Positions 1-9,844 of a stretch of DNA of 64,000 bases are shown piece by piece. Under the pieces are notes generated by a model, which was not told where the DNA came from, made no database searches, and worked only from the letters and a program-made list of their open reading frames with translations. The stretch comes from an uncultured Chloroflexia bacterium. GTDB lineage: Bacteria > Chloroflexota > Limnocylindria > Limnocylindrales > CSP1-4. The stretch lies in the NCBI GenBank assembly GCA_963748625.1, contig CAVVJT010000005.1, positions 1-64,000 on the forward strand, in the 5' to 3' direction. The position numbers were made by a program, and so were the translations under genes. Position 1 is the stretch's first letter; each line of letters starts with the position of its first letter.

Positions 1-1
1 G

Positions 2-172
2 CTCTCCGATGCCACCGACGACGAGGCCGAGGCCGCGGGCTGGGGCAGGCCCCTTGACTCCCGGACATACGGACCGGTCACGGTGGATGCCCTCGTCGGG
101 CGGGCCTGGTTCCGCTATGGACCGCTTCCCCGCCTCGGCCTGATCGCGGGGAGCACGCGTTCCGCGGGCTGA
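2..172 (+). CDS. C-terminal end of S26 family peptidase (signal peptidase I / SodX-like), truncated by window start
   Basis: Frame 2 reads ...PLDSRTYGPVTVDALVGRAWFRYGP...stop at 170-172, matching the S26 DSRxxGPV / GRA box. Confidence 0.65.
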   Translation, partial: LSDATDDEAEAAGWGRPLDSRTYGPVTVDALVGRAWFRYGPLPRLGLIAGSTRSAG

Positions 173-234
173 CGTCCGCCCCACCCGGCGCAACGCCGGC
201 GACATCCCGGACAGTCCGGCCTAGGATCGGCTCC

Positions 235-1472
235 ATGGACGACCTCCGAGCCGCACTCCGCCCCTTCGACGCCGACGCACCCCTGGGCGCTGCGCCCGAT
301 CCCTGGGACTACCTGCCCATGCCGGTGGTCCGCCAGGGCCGCCGTGGGCGACCACCGAGTCCATCGCCGCGCAGCCCGCCGTCGCCGCCCGGATCGTGGA
401 GCGGCTCATCGCTGACGGTTCCGCGGCCGCGCTGGCAGCGGCGATCCGCGAGGCGGCGGCGGCCGGCGCGCCCGTGACCGTGACCGGGTGCGGGACGTCC
501 GAGCACGCGGCGATGGGCGTGGCGGCCATCCTCGCCGACGGGTGGCGGGCCGCGGGCCTTCCCGGCAGCGGGCCGGTGAGCGCCCAGGCGTTTGAGCTGG
601 CGCTGGAGCCCCCGGCGGGCGGACTCGTGATCGGCATCAGCCACGAGGGCGGCACGGGCGCGACGATCGCGGCCATGGCGGCGGCCCGCGAGCGAGGGGC
701 GAGGACCGCGGTGATCACCGGGAGCGCGGGCTCGACGGCTGGCGTCGCCGCGGACATCACCCTTGCGACCGTCGAGATGGACCGCTCCTGGTGTCACACC
801 ATCGGGTACACCTCGCCACTCGTGGCGGCGACCGCGGTGGCCGGCATGCTCGCCGGCGGCACCCCGAGCCCTGACCGGCCCCGGGCACGCCTTCTCGACG
901 GCATCGAGGCGGCATGGGTGGCCGACACGGCCGGCAGGCGCCCCGCGGAGACCATCGGCGCGACCGTCGGCGGGGCCGGCCACCTGCTGGTCATCGGGTC
1001 GGGCGTGGACCGGATCGCCGCCCGGGAGCTCGTCCTCAAGGTGGAGGAGGCGGCCCACGTCCCCTCCGCGGCCCGCGACCTCGAGACCTTCCTCCACGGA
1101 CACCTGCCGGCGACCGGCGCGGGAACCGCGGCGATCTTCCTGCTCTTTGAACGGGCCGGCCTGGAGACGCGGGCCCTCCGCCTGCGCCAGGCCCTGCGGG
1201 CAGCCGCCGCGACCGGCATCCGCCCCGCGGCGATCCTGGGCCGCGCGGCTTCTGCGCTGGTCCCGGCCGACCTCACGCCCGGCGGCCGGATCACCGTCCC
1301 GGACCAGCCCACGATGCCCAACGGTCCGGCCGCGCTCCTCGCCTCGGCGGGCCCGCTCCAGCTGGTGACCGTCGCGGTCGCCGCGGCACGGGGCACCAAC
1401 CCCGACCCGATCCGCCGCGACGACCCGGTCTACCTGGCTGCCGCGGACGTGGCGGACGCGCCGGAGGGCTGA
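235..1472 (+). CDS. SIS-domain sugar-phosphate isomerase/deaminase (GlmS/AgaS/FrlB-like), with apparent 1-nt frameshift near 339
   Basis: GCGTSEHAA, ISHEGGT and RELVLKVEE...ETFLHGH motifs in ORF 396-1472. ATG 235 is preceded by TAGGAT but lies in another frame; the frames join at about 339. Confidence 0.8.
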
Positions 1473-1537
1473 CCCGGCGGACCCGGTCGGCGCCCTGTCC
1501 GCCCGGCGGACCCGGTCGGCGCCCTATCCGCCCGGCG
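1473..1537. repeat. 29-bp tandem repeat, two copies plus a partial, between convergent genes
   Basis: cccggcggacccggtcggcgccct(g/a)tccg at 1473-1501 and 1502-1530. Confidence 0.85.
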
Positions 1538-1574
1538 TCCTGTCCGGCCGGCCAGGCGTCGGGAGCGGCCACGG

Positions 1575-2540
1575 TCAGACGTCGAACAGCACTTCGGCGG
1601 CCAGGTCGATCATGTCGAGGTCGTGGGCTATGAAGTCCTGGAGCATGATCCGGGTCACGCCCGCGTCTCGGAACCGGCGGACCTGCTCGCGCGCCTCGGC
1701 GGCCGTGCCGTGGATCCAGCGTGCCTTGCGCACCTCGAACCACTCCGCAAAGCCGTCCGCGTCACCCCCGAAGGCCCGCACCAGGTCCGCCTCGCGGCGA
1801 CGGACCTCCGCCTCGTCGCGCCCGATGAGGACCCCGACCATCGCCGAGTGCACCAGCGTCCCCGGGTCGCGCCCGGCATCGCGCACGGCCGCGTCAAGCG
1901 CCGCGTACTTCTGGACGACCTGGGCCGGGCTCGCCGACGACAGGTTGAACTCGTCCGCGTAGCGCGCCGCGATCCGATAGGACCGCGGGGTCCCCTGCCC
2001 GCCGACGATCAGGTTCGGCCGGCCACCGTCCCGCCCGGGCACGTCGCCCGCCTTCGGCCGGAACAGTGAGTCCTCCACCGCCCAGTGCGACCCCAGGAAC
2101 GACCAGCCGTCGGGGCCCTCCCACAGGCCGCGCACGATCTCGAGGGTCTCCTCGAGCATGTCCGCCCGCTCCCCGATCTCGCCGAACGGGAAGCCGTGCC
2201 GCCGGTGCTCGTCCGCATGCCAGCCGGCGCCCAGGCCCAGCTCCACGCGCCCGCCGCTCATCTCGTCCACGGTCAGCACGAGCCGCGCGAGGTTTCCCGG
2301 GGAGCGGAAGGTCACTGGCGAGACGAGAGACCCCAGCCTGATCCGCTGCGTGTCCCGGGCCAGACCCGCCAGCACCGCCCAGGCATCGGTCGTCACCGCC
2401 CCGGAATCGCCCGGGAAGCTCTCGTAGTGGTCGGAACGGAAGAACGCCTCGTAGCCGGCGGTCTCGGCCCGCCGGACGATCTCGAGCTGCTGGGCATACG
2501 TGAGCCCCATCTGGGGTTCGGTCATCAGCGCGAAGCGCAT
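1575..2540 (-). CDS. LLM-class (probably F420-dependent) oxidoreductase
   Basis: FFRSDHY, RLGSLVSPVTFR, SGGRVELGLGAGW and AARYADEFN motifs. Confidence 0.9.
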   Translation of the reverse strand: MRFALMTEPQMGLTYAQQLEIVRRAETAGYEAFFRSDHYESFPGDSGAVTTDAWAVLAGLARDTQRIRLGSLVSPVTFRSPGNLARLVLTVDEMSGGRVELGLGAGWHADEHRRHGFPFGEIGERADMLEETLEIVRGLWEGPDGWSFLGSHWAVEDSLFRPKAGDVPGRDGGRPNLIVGGQGTPRSYRIAARYADEFNLSSASPAQVVQKYAALDAAVRDAGRDPGTLVHSAMVGVLIGRDEAEVRRREADLVRAFGGDADGFAEWFEVRKARWIHGTAAEAREQVRRFRDAGVTRIMLQDFIAHDLDMIDLAAEVLFDV

Positions 2541-2570
2541 GCTCGGTCCTCCCGCGGCAACTGGTTCTGC

Positions 2571-2599
2571 TTGACAGAACTATTCACCTGCCGTAAATA
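2571..2599 (+). promoter_or_regulatory. -35 TTGACA with overlapping palindromic putative MarR operator
   Basis: TTGACA at 2571-2576; imperfect palindrome TATTCAC-N5-GTAAATA at 2581-2599, just upstream of marR in an AT-rich patch. Confidence 0.6.
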
Positions 2600-2608
2600 C
2601 TTCATTTC

Positions 2609-3112
2609 ATGCGAACCAATGTCAATCCCGCCCAGGCCGACGTCGAGGCCGATCCCGGCCGGGCGGCTGCCGAGGAGGCGGTCGCGAGTCTCAGCCGTGC
2701 CGTCGGCTCGCTGCGCTGCGCCGGCTCGCAACGCCTCGTGCGGCTCGGCATCAGCATGACCCATTTCCACGTCCTGACATTGCTCCGCCACCACGATGCC
2801 ATGCCGATGAGCCGCCTGGCAGACGTGCTGGGCGCCTCGATGCCAAGCGTCACCGGCATCGTGGACCGGATGGAGGAGCGCGGGCTCGTCGAGCGGGTCC
2901 GCGTCCCCGACGACCGGCGCATCGTGCTGGTCCAGCCCACCCAGGCCGGGCTCGACCTCGTGGACGAGGCCGAGCTGATCGGCAGCGACGTGTTCCGCCG
3001 GGCGCTCGCTCGCCTCAAGGGGCGGGACCTCGCCGATCTCACCCGGATCACGAACCACCTGCGCGATGCCGTGGAGGCCGAGATGGCCACCCCGGGCGCC
3101 ACCGAGGAGTAG
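2609..3112 (+). CDS. MarR family transcriptional regulator
   Basis: wHTH SRLADVLG...SVTGIVDRMEERGLVER..DDRR. Confidence 0.92.
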   Translation: MRTNVNPAQADVEADPGRAAAEEAVASLSRAVGSLRCAGSQRLVRLGISMTHFHVLTLLRHHDAMPMSRLADVLGASMPSVTGIVDRMEERGLVERVRVPDDRRIVLVQPTQAGLDLVDEAELIGSDVFRRALARLKGRDLADLTRITNHLRDAVEAEMATPGATEE

Positions 3113-3115
3113 CAC

Positions 3116-4846
3116 GTGGAAGCACCCGTATCCATGGAGCACCACGACGGCCCGACCCATGGCCTCGGCGCGCTCGACCTGCCCCACCGGCAGAAGATGG
3201 AGATCCTGTTCGCCATTCTGCTCGGGCTCTTCCTGGGGGCGCTGGACCAGACGATCGTGGCGGTCGCACTGCCCACGATCGTCACCGAGCTCGGCGGCCA
3301 GTCCCTCTACACGTGGACGATCACGATCTACCTGCTCGCGTCCACGATCACGGTGCCGTTCTACGGCAAGCTGTCCGACCTGTACGGGCGCAAACCGCTG
3401 CTGATGATCGGCATCTCGATCTTCCTCGTCGGCTCGGCGCTGTCCGGGCTGAGCCAGAACATGACCCAGCTGATCATCTTCCGGGGCATCCAGGGCCTCG
3501 GCGCGGGCGCCCTGTTCCCGATCAGCCTCGCGGTCATCGGTGACCTCTTCTCCCCCCAGGAGCGCGGCAAGTACCAGGGCCTCTTCGGCGCCGTCTTCGG
3601 CATCGCCTCGATCCTCGGGCCGCTCCTCGGCGGCTGGCTGACGGAGAACGCGTCCTGGCACTGGATCTTCTACGTCAACATCCCGATCGGCCTTGCGGCT
3701 CTCGTCGTGATCGGGCGCCTGCTGCCGACCGTCAGGCGGCCGGACGCGTCGCGCAACCTCGACTTCCTCGGGGCCGGGGTCTTCACCGTCGCCGTCGGCT
3801 CCTTCCTGATCGGGCTGACCAACAAGCAGACGATGGACTGGGGCACCTTCGAGGTCGGCGGCCTGATCGCGATCGGCCTCGTGCTGTGGATGGTGTTCAT
3901 CCTGATCGAGTGGAAGGCCAAGGAGCCGATCGTCCCGCTCGACCTGTGGAAGAGCCGGACGTACGCGTCCTCGATCATCGCGACGTTCCTGGTGTCGATC
4001 GGCTTCTTCGGCGCCGCCATCTGGCTGCCGCAGTGGTTCCAGTTCGTCCAGGGCGCCACGCCGACGAACTCGGGCCTCTACACCCTCGCGCTGCTCGCGG
4101 GCGTCATCACCACCTCGGTCGGCTCGGGCATCGTGGTGTCGCGCACCGGGAAGTACAAGGCCGTCATCGTGGCCGGCCTCGCCGTCATGGCGGGCGGCCT
4201 GTTCCTGATGTCCAACATCCAGGCGGACACGCCGCTGCCGGTCCTGTGGGCGTGGATGTTCATCACGGGCCTGGGCATCGGGCCAACGCTTGCCGTGTTC
4301 ACGATCGTGGTCCAGAACGCGGTCCCGATGCGGTCGCTGGGCGTCGCGACGTCCAACCTGACATTCTTCCGCCAGATCGGCGGGTCGGTCGGGCTCGCCG
4401 CCCTGGGCACCATCTTCGGCCTCCGCCTGACCGAGGAGATCCCGAAGCAGATCGTGGCGGCCGGCGTGCCGGAACAGATCGTCGCCCAGTTCACGGGCCA
4501 GGGTGGGGCCGGCGCGGATGCCGCGGGCCTGTTCCAAGTGGGCAAGGACCTCGGTGCCACGATCCTGGCCGGCGCACCCGAGCAGTTCCGGACCGCCCTG
4601 GAGCCGATGATCGGCAAGATCGTCTTCGGCATCCACCAGGCGTACAGCCTGGCCGTCGGCGAGGTGTTCTTCGTCGGCGTGTTCACCACGCTCGCGGCCC
4701 TGCTCGTCACCGCCCTGTTCATGAAGCAGCTGCCGCTGCGCAAGACGATGGGGCCGAGGCCCGCCGGGGCGGCCGGCGCCGAGGCCGCCGTGGGCGCCGA
4801 CCTCCTCGAGGAAGGCGTGCTGGAGGAGAACCCGCCGGTCGACTGA
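3116..4846 (+). CDS. DHA2 (EmrB/QacA) MFS drug efflux transporter
   Basis: LDQTIVAVALP, GKLSDLYGRK and WIFYVNIPIG motifs; about 14 hydrophobic segments. Confidence 0.93.
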   Translation: MEAPVSMEHHDGPTHGLGALDLPHRQKMEILFAILLGLFLGALDQTIVAVALPTIVTELGGQSLYTWTITIYLLASTITVPFYGKLSDLYGRKPLLMIGISIFLVGSALSGLSQNMTQLIIFRGIQGLGAGALFPISLAVIGDLFSPQERGKYQGLFGAVFGIASILGPLLGGWLTENASWHWIFYVNIPIGLAALVVIGRLLPTVRRPDASRNLDFLGAGVFTVAVGSFLIGLTNKQTMDWGTFEVGGLIAIGLVLWMVFILIEWKAKEPIVPLDLWKSRTYASSIIATFLVSIGFFGAAIWLPQWFQFVQGATPTNSGLYTLALLAGVITTSVGSGIVVSRTGKYKAVIVAGLAVMAGGLFLMSNIQADTPLPVLWAWMFITGLGIGPTLAVFTIVVQNAVPMRSLGVATSNLTFFRQIGGSVGLAALGTIFGLRLTEEIPKQIVAAGVPEQIVAQFTGQGGAGADAAGLFQVGKDLGATILAGAPEQFRTALEPMIGKIVFGIHQAYSLAVGEVFFVGVFTTLAALLVTALFMKQLPLRKTMGPRPAGAAGAEAAVGADLLEEGVLEENPPVD

Positions 4847-4880
4847 GGGCTCCGCCCCCCGCCGTGCTCGTCGACGCTGC

Positions 4881-4910
4881 GACCCGGTCACCCTTCGGGA
4901 TGGCCGGGTC
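4881..4910 (+). terminator. Hairpin downstream of MFS gene
   Basis: gacccggtca-ccc-TTCG-gga-tggccgggtc; weak U tail. Confidence 0.55.
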
Positions 4911-4941
4911 GTTCCGTGCGCATGCGGCTACCATCCCGGTT

Positions 4942-5418
4942 GTGACCGACCTGCTTGCCTTCCCACCCGAGCTGCTGGCCCCGGGCGCCTCGGCCGCATC
5001 GTTCCGTGCCGCGCTCGCCCTGGCCGACCTGCCGCCCGGCACCCTCCGACGCGTGTCGTTCGGGGACCACGACATCCTGCTGGCGCACACGGCGGCCGGC
5101 CTGTGCGCCGTGGACGACCGCTGTCCGCACATGTCGGCACCGCTCTCGCTCGGCGAGCTTGACGGCTGCGTCGTCGCGTGTCCGCTGCACGCGGGCCGCT
5201 TCGACCTGGCCTCCGGGGAGCCGGTGCAGATGCCGACGACCGGCGGCCTCCGCCCAGACGGGACGTACGAGCCCACGTGGGTGCCGCCCGGCCGGGAGCC
5301 GAAGGAGGATCCGCCGGGCAAGAAGACCGAGGCGCGCCGCCTGACCCGGATCCGGCGCTTCCGCTACTACCCAATGCGGGTGGTGGATGGCGTGATCGAG
5401 GTGGCGGTTCCCGACTGA
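4942..5418 (+). CDS. Rieske [2Fe-2S] ferredoxin-like protein
   Basis: CPHMSAPL and CPLHAGRF Rieske boxes; GTG 4942 lies 7 nt after TACCAT. Confidence 0.85.
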   Translation: MTDLLAFPPELLAPGASAASFRAALALADLPPGTLRRVSFGDHDILLAHTAAGLCAVDDRCPHMSAPLSLGELDGCVVACPLHAGRFDLASGEPVQMPTTGGLRPDGTYEPTWVPPGREPKEDPPGKKTEARRLTRIRRFRYYPMRVVDGVIEVAVPD

Positions 5419-5680
5419 CGCCCGCGGTCCGGTCACCTGACCGCGCACCCGACCCCGGCCATCCGTTCTGGTTGTCGGCTGGCGGCCGAACGGGGTCGTG
5501 GGGCTGTCAGACCGGGCGCCTGGCGACAAGCCCGACACGTGGCGATTGGTGCGGCGTGCCAGACTGGGCGCGCAGCGGCAATCCATCACGCCGGGAACCC
5601 ACTGCGGTCGCCATAGGAGAATTGGTGACGATCGGGAGCGCCTCAGGGGCCAGCCGCGTCCACGCCCGGGCGACCCGGAC

Positions 5681-6640
5681 CTAGCGGTTGCGCTCCGCGA
5701 CCAGGACGCTCCCGAGCACGATGACCGCGCCCACGATCTGCGCGGCCTCGAGCGTCTGGCCGAGCACCAGCCACGCGATCGCCGCGGCCATGATCGGCTC
5801 CGTCATGCCCATCACCGACGCCTGCGAGGCGCGCAGGTGCTGCATCGAGAGCACCACCAGCGAGAACGGCACCAGCGTCCCGGGCACCACCATCCACAGC
5901 ATCGGCACGGCCGCCGGCACCACCGGTCCGCCGTCCCCCGCCAGCTGGATCGTGCCGCCGAACGTCGCGAACGGGAAGTCCCAGACGGGCTGGACGATCG
6001 CCCAGAAGAGGGCCGCGAAGCCCATGCCCCACATCGTGAGCGACACGGGATCGCGGGGGGCCGGTCCCCGGACCTGGCGGTCACCAGCGATGAAGTAGAA
6101 CGAGACGGAGACCGCCGCACCGAAGGCGCACAGCACCCCGAACGGATCCAGCGCCAGCCCGGTCCAGACCTGGCCGACGATCGCCAGGCCCACCAGCGCC
6201 GTCGCCAGGGCCACCCACACGATCCGTTTGGTGGGGTACCCGTAGCCGAACCGGAACCAGATGGCCACCATCAGGGGCGATGTGAACTCGATGAGCAGCG
6301 CGATCCCGATCGGGATGGTCATGATCGACACGAAGTAGAGGAACTGGGTGAAGGCGATGCCGACCACGCCGTAGGCCACCAGCAGCGTCAGTTCTGTGCG
6401 CCGGATCCGGAGGGCGGACCGGTTGGTCAGGGCCACGAAGGCCAGCAGGATCAGGAACGACCCGGTTGCCCGCAGCTGGGAGAGGTCTGACGCCTCCAGC
6501 CCGGCGAGCAGCATCGACTTGACCACGGTGCCGTTGAGCGCGAAGAGGAGCGCTGCAAACAGGTAGAGCGCGTACCCCCGCGCGGGGTGGACGGCCCGCG
6601 CGGGCTCGACCCCGGGAAGCGGCTCGGCGAGGTCGGTCAC
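5681..6640 (-). CDS. EamA/DMT family transporter
   Basis: About 10 TM segments in two repeats; LIEFTSP and GMTEPI motifs. Confidence 0.9.
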   Translation of the reverse strand: MTDLAEPLPGVEPARAVHPARGYALYLFAALLFALNGTVVKSMLLAGLEASDLSQLRATGSFLILLAFVALTNRSALRIRRTELTLLVAYGVVGIAFTQFLYFVSIMTIPIGIALLIEFTSPLMVAIWFRFGYGYPTKRIVWVALATALVGLAIVGQVWTGLALDPFGVLCAFGAAVSVSFYFIAGDRQVRGPAPRDPVSLTMWGMGFAALFWAIVQPVWDFPFATFGGTIQLAGDGGPVVPAAVPMLWMVVPGTLVPFSLVVLSMQHLRASQASVMGMTEPIMAAAIAWLVLGQTLEAAQIVGAVIVLGSVLVAERNR

Positions 6641-6653
6641 CCGGCGAGGTCCG

Positions 6654-7448
6654 TCACCCCGAGATGCCGTTGGCCTCCGCGTAGGCGGCGCAGATCCTGG
6701 CGGCCTCCACGGGGTCGTCGGTCACCTGCAGCAGGGCGAGGTCGGCCTCGCTGATGGACCCTGCGGGCAGCTGGACGTCCCGCATCCAGGCCAGGAGCCC
6801 ATCCCAGTAGGCATGACCCACCAGCACCACCGGGAAGTTGCGGATCTTGCGGGTCTGGATGAGGGTCAGGCTCTCGAACAGCTCGTCGAGCGTGCCGAAG
6901 CCGCCGGGCAGGATCACGAAGGCGTCCGCGTACTTGACGAACATCGTCTTCCGGGCGAAGAAGTAGTGGAACTCGACCGATAGATCGACGTAGTGATTGA
7001 GGTGCTGCTCGTGCGGCAGCTCGATGTTGCAGCCGATCGACAGGCCGCCGGCCTCATGGGCGCCGCGATTGGCAGCCTCCATCGTGCCCGGACCGCCACC
7101 CGTGATCACCGCGAAACCGGCCGCCGCCAGTTCGGCGCCCACCCGCCGCGCCGCCTCGTACTCCGGGCTGTCCTCCGCGGTCCGCGCGGAGCCGAAGACC
7201 GCCACCGCCTTGCCGACGCCGGCGAGGGCCTCGAACCCCTCCACGAACTCCGACAGGATGCGCAGGGCACGCCAGGGCTCCTCGTCGAGGAAGGCGGGCC
7301 GCCCGGGTCGGCTGCCCAGGAGCCGCTCGTCCTCGGTGGGGCGTGGACCGCCCAGGCGCGCCCGGGTCTCAGGGCGCATGGACACGCGGCCACTGCGGAA
7401 CGTGCGCGAGCCAGGCGGGTGCGGAGCCGGGCGATCGTCGGTGCTCAT
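6654..7448 (-). CDS. LOG family nucleotide phosphoribohydrolase (TIGR00730-like)
   Basis: FGSAR, TGGGPG, FFARK and PGGFGTLDE motifs. Confidence 0.92.
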   Translation of the reverse strand: MSTDDRPAPHPPGSRTFRSGRVSMRPETRARLGGPRPTEDERLLGSRPGRPAFLDEEPWRALRILSEFVEGFEALAGVGKAVAVFGSARTAEDSPEYEAARRVGAELAAAGFAVITGGGPGTMEAANRGAHEAGGLSIGCNIELPHEQHLNHYVDLSVEFHYFFARKTMFVKYADAFVILPGGFGTLDELFESLTLIQTRKIRNFPVVLVGHAYWDGLLAWMRDVQLPAGSISEADLALLQVTDDPVEAARICAAYAEANGISG

Positions 7449-7469
7449 GCGGTCAGGATGCCACTCCAC

Positions 7470-7496
7470 GCAACGCCACGTGGTCCCCAGACGTCC
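7470..7496 (+). promoter_or_regulatory. Putative ECF-sigma promoter of serpin gene
   Basis: GCAACG-N16-CGTCC. Confidence 0.45.
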
Positions 7497-7600
7497 CAGT
7501 CCTCGGCATCGACACGCGACCCCCGGCCGACCGGGCCGCGCCGAGCCCTGACCACGCCGGCATCCGCCCTCGAAGGTGCACCGCCGTGAACCCGACCCGC

Positions 7601-9418
7601 ATGTCACCCCGGCTCCGCCTGTCACGTCCGCTCTCCGTCCTGCTTGCCCTGGCGCTCCTGGCTGCAGGGTGTGCCGAAACACCACTTCCCTCGGGGTCGA
7701 CCGTGCCGGGGACACCGGTCCCCCAAGGGTCCGTGAACGACGGGCCCGCCGTCTCCACGCCGGCACCGACGCCCGCCGTGACACCCCTGCCGACACCCAC
7801 ACCGAGCCTGGCACCGGCTGAGCTGGCTCCGGGCTCGGCCGCCATCACCGTGTCCGACCGCCTGCGCGTGCGCTCGCAGCCGCGGGTGAGTGACGACTCG
7901 GCCCGGTATGAGCCCCTGCTGCCGACGGGGACGGAGCTCCTCGTCATCGAGGGACCGGTCCGCGCATCCGGGTACGACTGGTACCGCGTCGCGCCGCTCT
8001 CCCTGACGCTCAGCGGCGGCGTCAACGAGGGCTGGGTGGCCATCGCCGATCACGACGGCACCCCATGGGTTGCCTCCGCCGGTGATCCGCTCGCCGGCCT
8101 CGAGTTCGCGCGATCGGCGGTGACCCGCTCCGCCGGCGGCGTGCGGGAGGCGAAGCAGGCCGCGCAGTCGGTCAATGCGTTCGCCGTGGACATGTACGGG
8201 CGCCTGCGGACGGATGCCTCGGCCAAGCTGGACGGGAAGAACATCGTGTTCTCCCCGACCAGCATCGCGCTCGCCCTGGCCATGGCCCGGGCCGGAGCCC
8301 GCGGAACGACGGCGAGCGAGATGGACGACGTACTGCGCGCCGACGGCTGGAAGCCACTGGCTGCCCGGCTCAACGCGCTGGATCAGGAGCTCGCCGGGCA
8401 CAACGCGACGTGGACCGACTACGACAAGAACACCCACGCCCTGTCGCTGCGGATCGCGAACACCGCCTTCGGCCAGCGGGGCTACGCCCTCGAGCAGGCC
8501 TTCCTCGATGCGATCGCCGAGGGGTTCGGCGCGCAACTCGGGCTCGTCGACTTCGAGGCCGATCCTGAGGCGGCCCGGCAGGTCATCAACGCGTGGGTCA
8601 GCCGCCAGACCGCACGGCGCATCCCGGAGCTGCTGGTCCCGGGCAACGTGACCAGTGACACGCGCCTCGCCCTCGTGAATGCGATCTACCTCAAGGCGAA
8701 CTGGCAGTTGGAGTTCGACCTGGACCGCACGGCGGACCGGACGTTCACCCGGCGTGACGGGAGCAACGTGGACGTCCCGACCATGTCACTCGATGGGGCC
8801 CAGGAGGTTCCCTACGCGAGCGGCTCCGGCTGGAAGGCGACGGAGCTCAGGTACACGGGTGCCGATGGCACGACGCCGCTCGCGATGACGCTCATCCTCC
8901 CCGACAACCTCGCCGCCTTCGAGCGCGGGATGACCTCTGCGAAGCTGGACTCGATCGTCGCCAAGCTCGGGACGGAGCGGACGCGGATCTCCCGCACCAG
9001 GCACGGCAAGGCCGACGAGTGGGGTATGGCCTGCCCGTACTACGCCTACCAGACGCGGCTGTTCCTGCCCCGCTTCGGGGTCGACACCCGGGCCAGCCTG
9101 GTCCCCGTCCTCAAGCGGATGGGCATCAAGGCGGCGTTCGATACGGCCGGGGCGGACTTCTCGGGAATCACGGGGGAGAAGTCGCTGTTCATCTCCGAGG
9201 TGATCCACCAGGCCAACATCGACGTCGACGAGAAGGGGACCGAGGCCGCCGCCGCGACGGCCATCCTCTTCGACACCACCGGTGGCTGCGGCCCGGCGGC
9301 TCCGCTCAAGACCGTCACGCTGCGCCTCAACCGGCCGTTCCTGTTCGCCGTGCGTGACGTCGGGACGGGCGCCATCCTGTTCATGGGTCGCGTCATGAAC
9401 CCATCGGTCCGCAAGTAG
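7601..9418 (+). CDS. Lipoprotein serpin with N-terminal SH3-like domain
   Basis: Lipobox LAAGC; Pro/Thr linker; VFSPTSI, LVNAIYLKANW, DEKGTEAAAAT hinge, NRPFLF and FMGRVMNP. Confidence 0.92.
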   Translation: MSPRLRLSRPLSVLLALALLAAGCAETPLPSGSTVPGTPVPQGSVNDGPAVSTPAPTPAVTPLPTPTPSLAPAELAPGSAAITVSDRLRVRSQPRVSDDSARYEPLLPTGTELLVIEGPVRASGYDWYRVAPLSLTLSGGVNEGWVAIADHDGTPWVASAGDPLAGLEFARSAVTRSAGGVREAKQAAQSVNAFAVDMYGRLRTDASAKLDGKNIVFSPTSIALALAMARAGARGTTASEMDDVLRADGWKPLAARLNALDQELAGHNATWTDYDKNTHALSLRIANTAFGQRGYALEQAFLDAIAEGFGAQLGLVDFEADPEAARQVINAWVSRQTARRIPELLVPGNVTSDTRLALVNAIYLKANWQLEFDLDRTADRTFTRRDGSNVDVPTMSLDGAQEVPYASGSGWKATELRYTGADGTTPLAMTLILPDNLAAFERGMTSAKLDSIVAKLGTERTRISRTRHGKADEWGMACPYYAYQTRLFLPRFGVDTRASLVPVLKRMGIKAAFDTAGADFSGITGEKSLFISEVIHQANIDVDEKGTEAAAATAILFDTTGGCGPAAPLKTVTLRLNRPFLFAVRDVGTGAILFMGRVMNPSVRK

Positions 9419-9447
9419 GCTCCGGCTGCTGCCGGCGGGAACCGTCC

Positions 9448-9804
9448 TTACTTCGGCTTCGCCAGCCAGGCCTTCCAGGCCGTCTCGTCCTTGCCGGCGG
9501 TCAGCTCGTCGCCGTAGCGGACGAGGGGCAGGCGGATGAGCCGGGCGTCGGCCAGAAGACGTGCAGTGATGCCGGCCGTGTCGGTGGACAGGTAGCCGAG
9601 CCCCTGCTCCTTGTATGGCCGGCTCTCGGTGTTGAGGAGCGCGGCGGCCCCGAGGCGGTCCGTGAAGCGGCGCAGCTCACCCGGGGCGATCGGCTTCTTG
9701 CGCAGGTCCACGAAGTGCACCACGATCCGCCGCTCCCGGAAGAAGCGGAGGGCGGCCCGCGTGGCGTTGTCGTCCTCGAAGCCGAACACCTGGATGTTCG
9801 GCAT
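9448..9804 (-). CDS. ArsC/Spx/YffB family protein without the N-terminal Cys
   Basis: IQVFG...RAALRFFRER...VDLRKKP..GEL...LIRLPLV. Confidence 0.8.
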   Translation of the reverse strand: MPNIQVFGFEDDNATRAALRFFRERRIVVHFVDLRKKPIAPGELRRFTDRLGAAALLNTESRPYKEQGLGYLSTDTAGITARLLADARLIRLPLVRYGDELTAGKDETAWKAWLAKPK

Positions 9805-9844
9805 CTTCTTGGTCGGCGTGTTCCCAAGCGGTGCAGGCACGGTC

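Noticed and set aside
3886-5418. 510-aa Rieske fusion ORF
   Set aside because: The upstream part is an alternative frame of the MFS gene; the promoter-linked GTG 4942 is the likely start.
5460-5640. ZTP riboswitch suggested by GGGTCGTG and GGGAGCG
   Set aside because: Lies between convergent gene ends and lacks the rest of the consensus.
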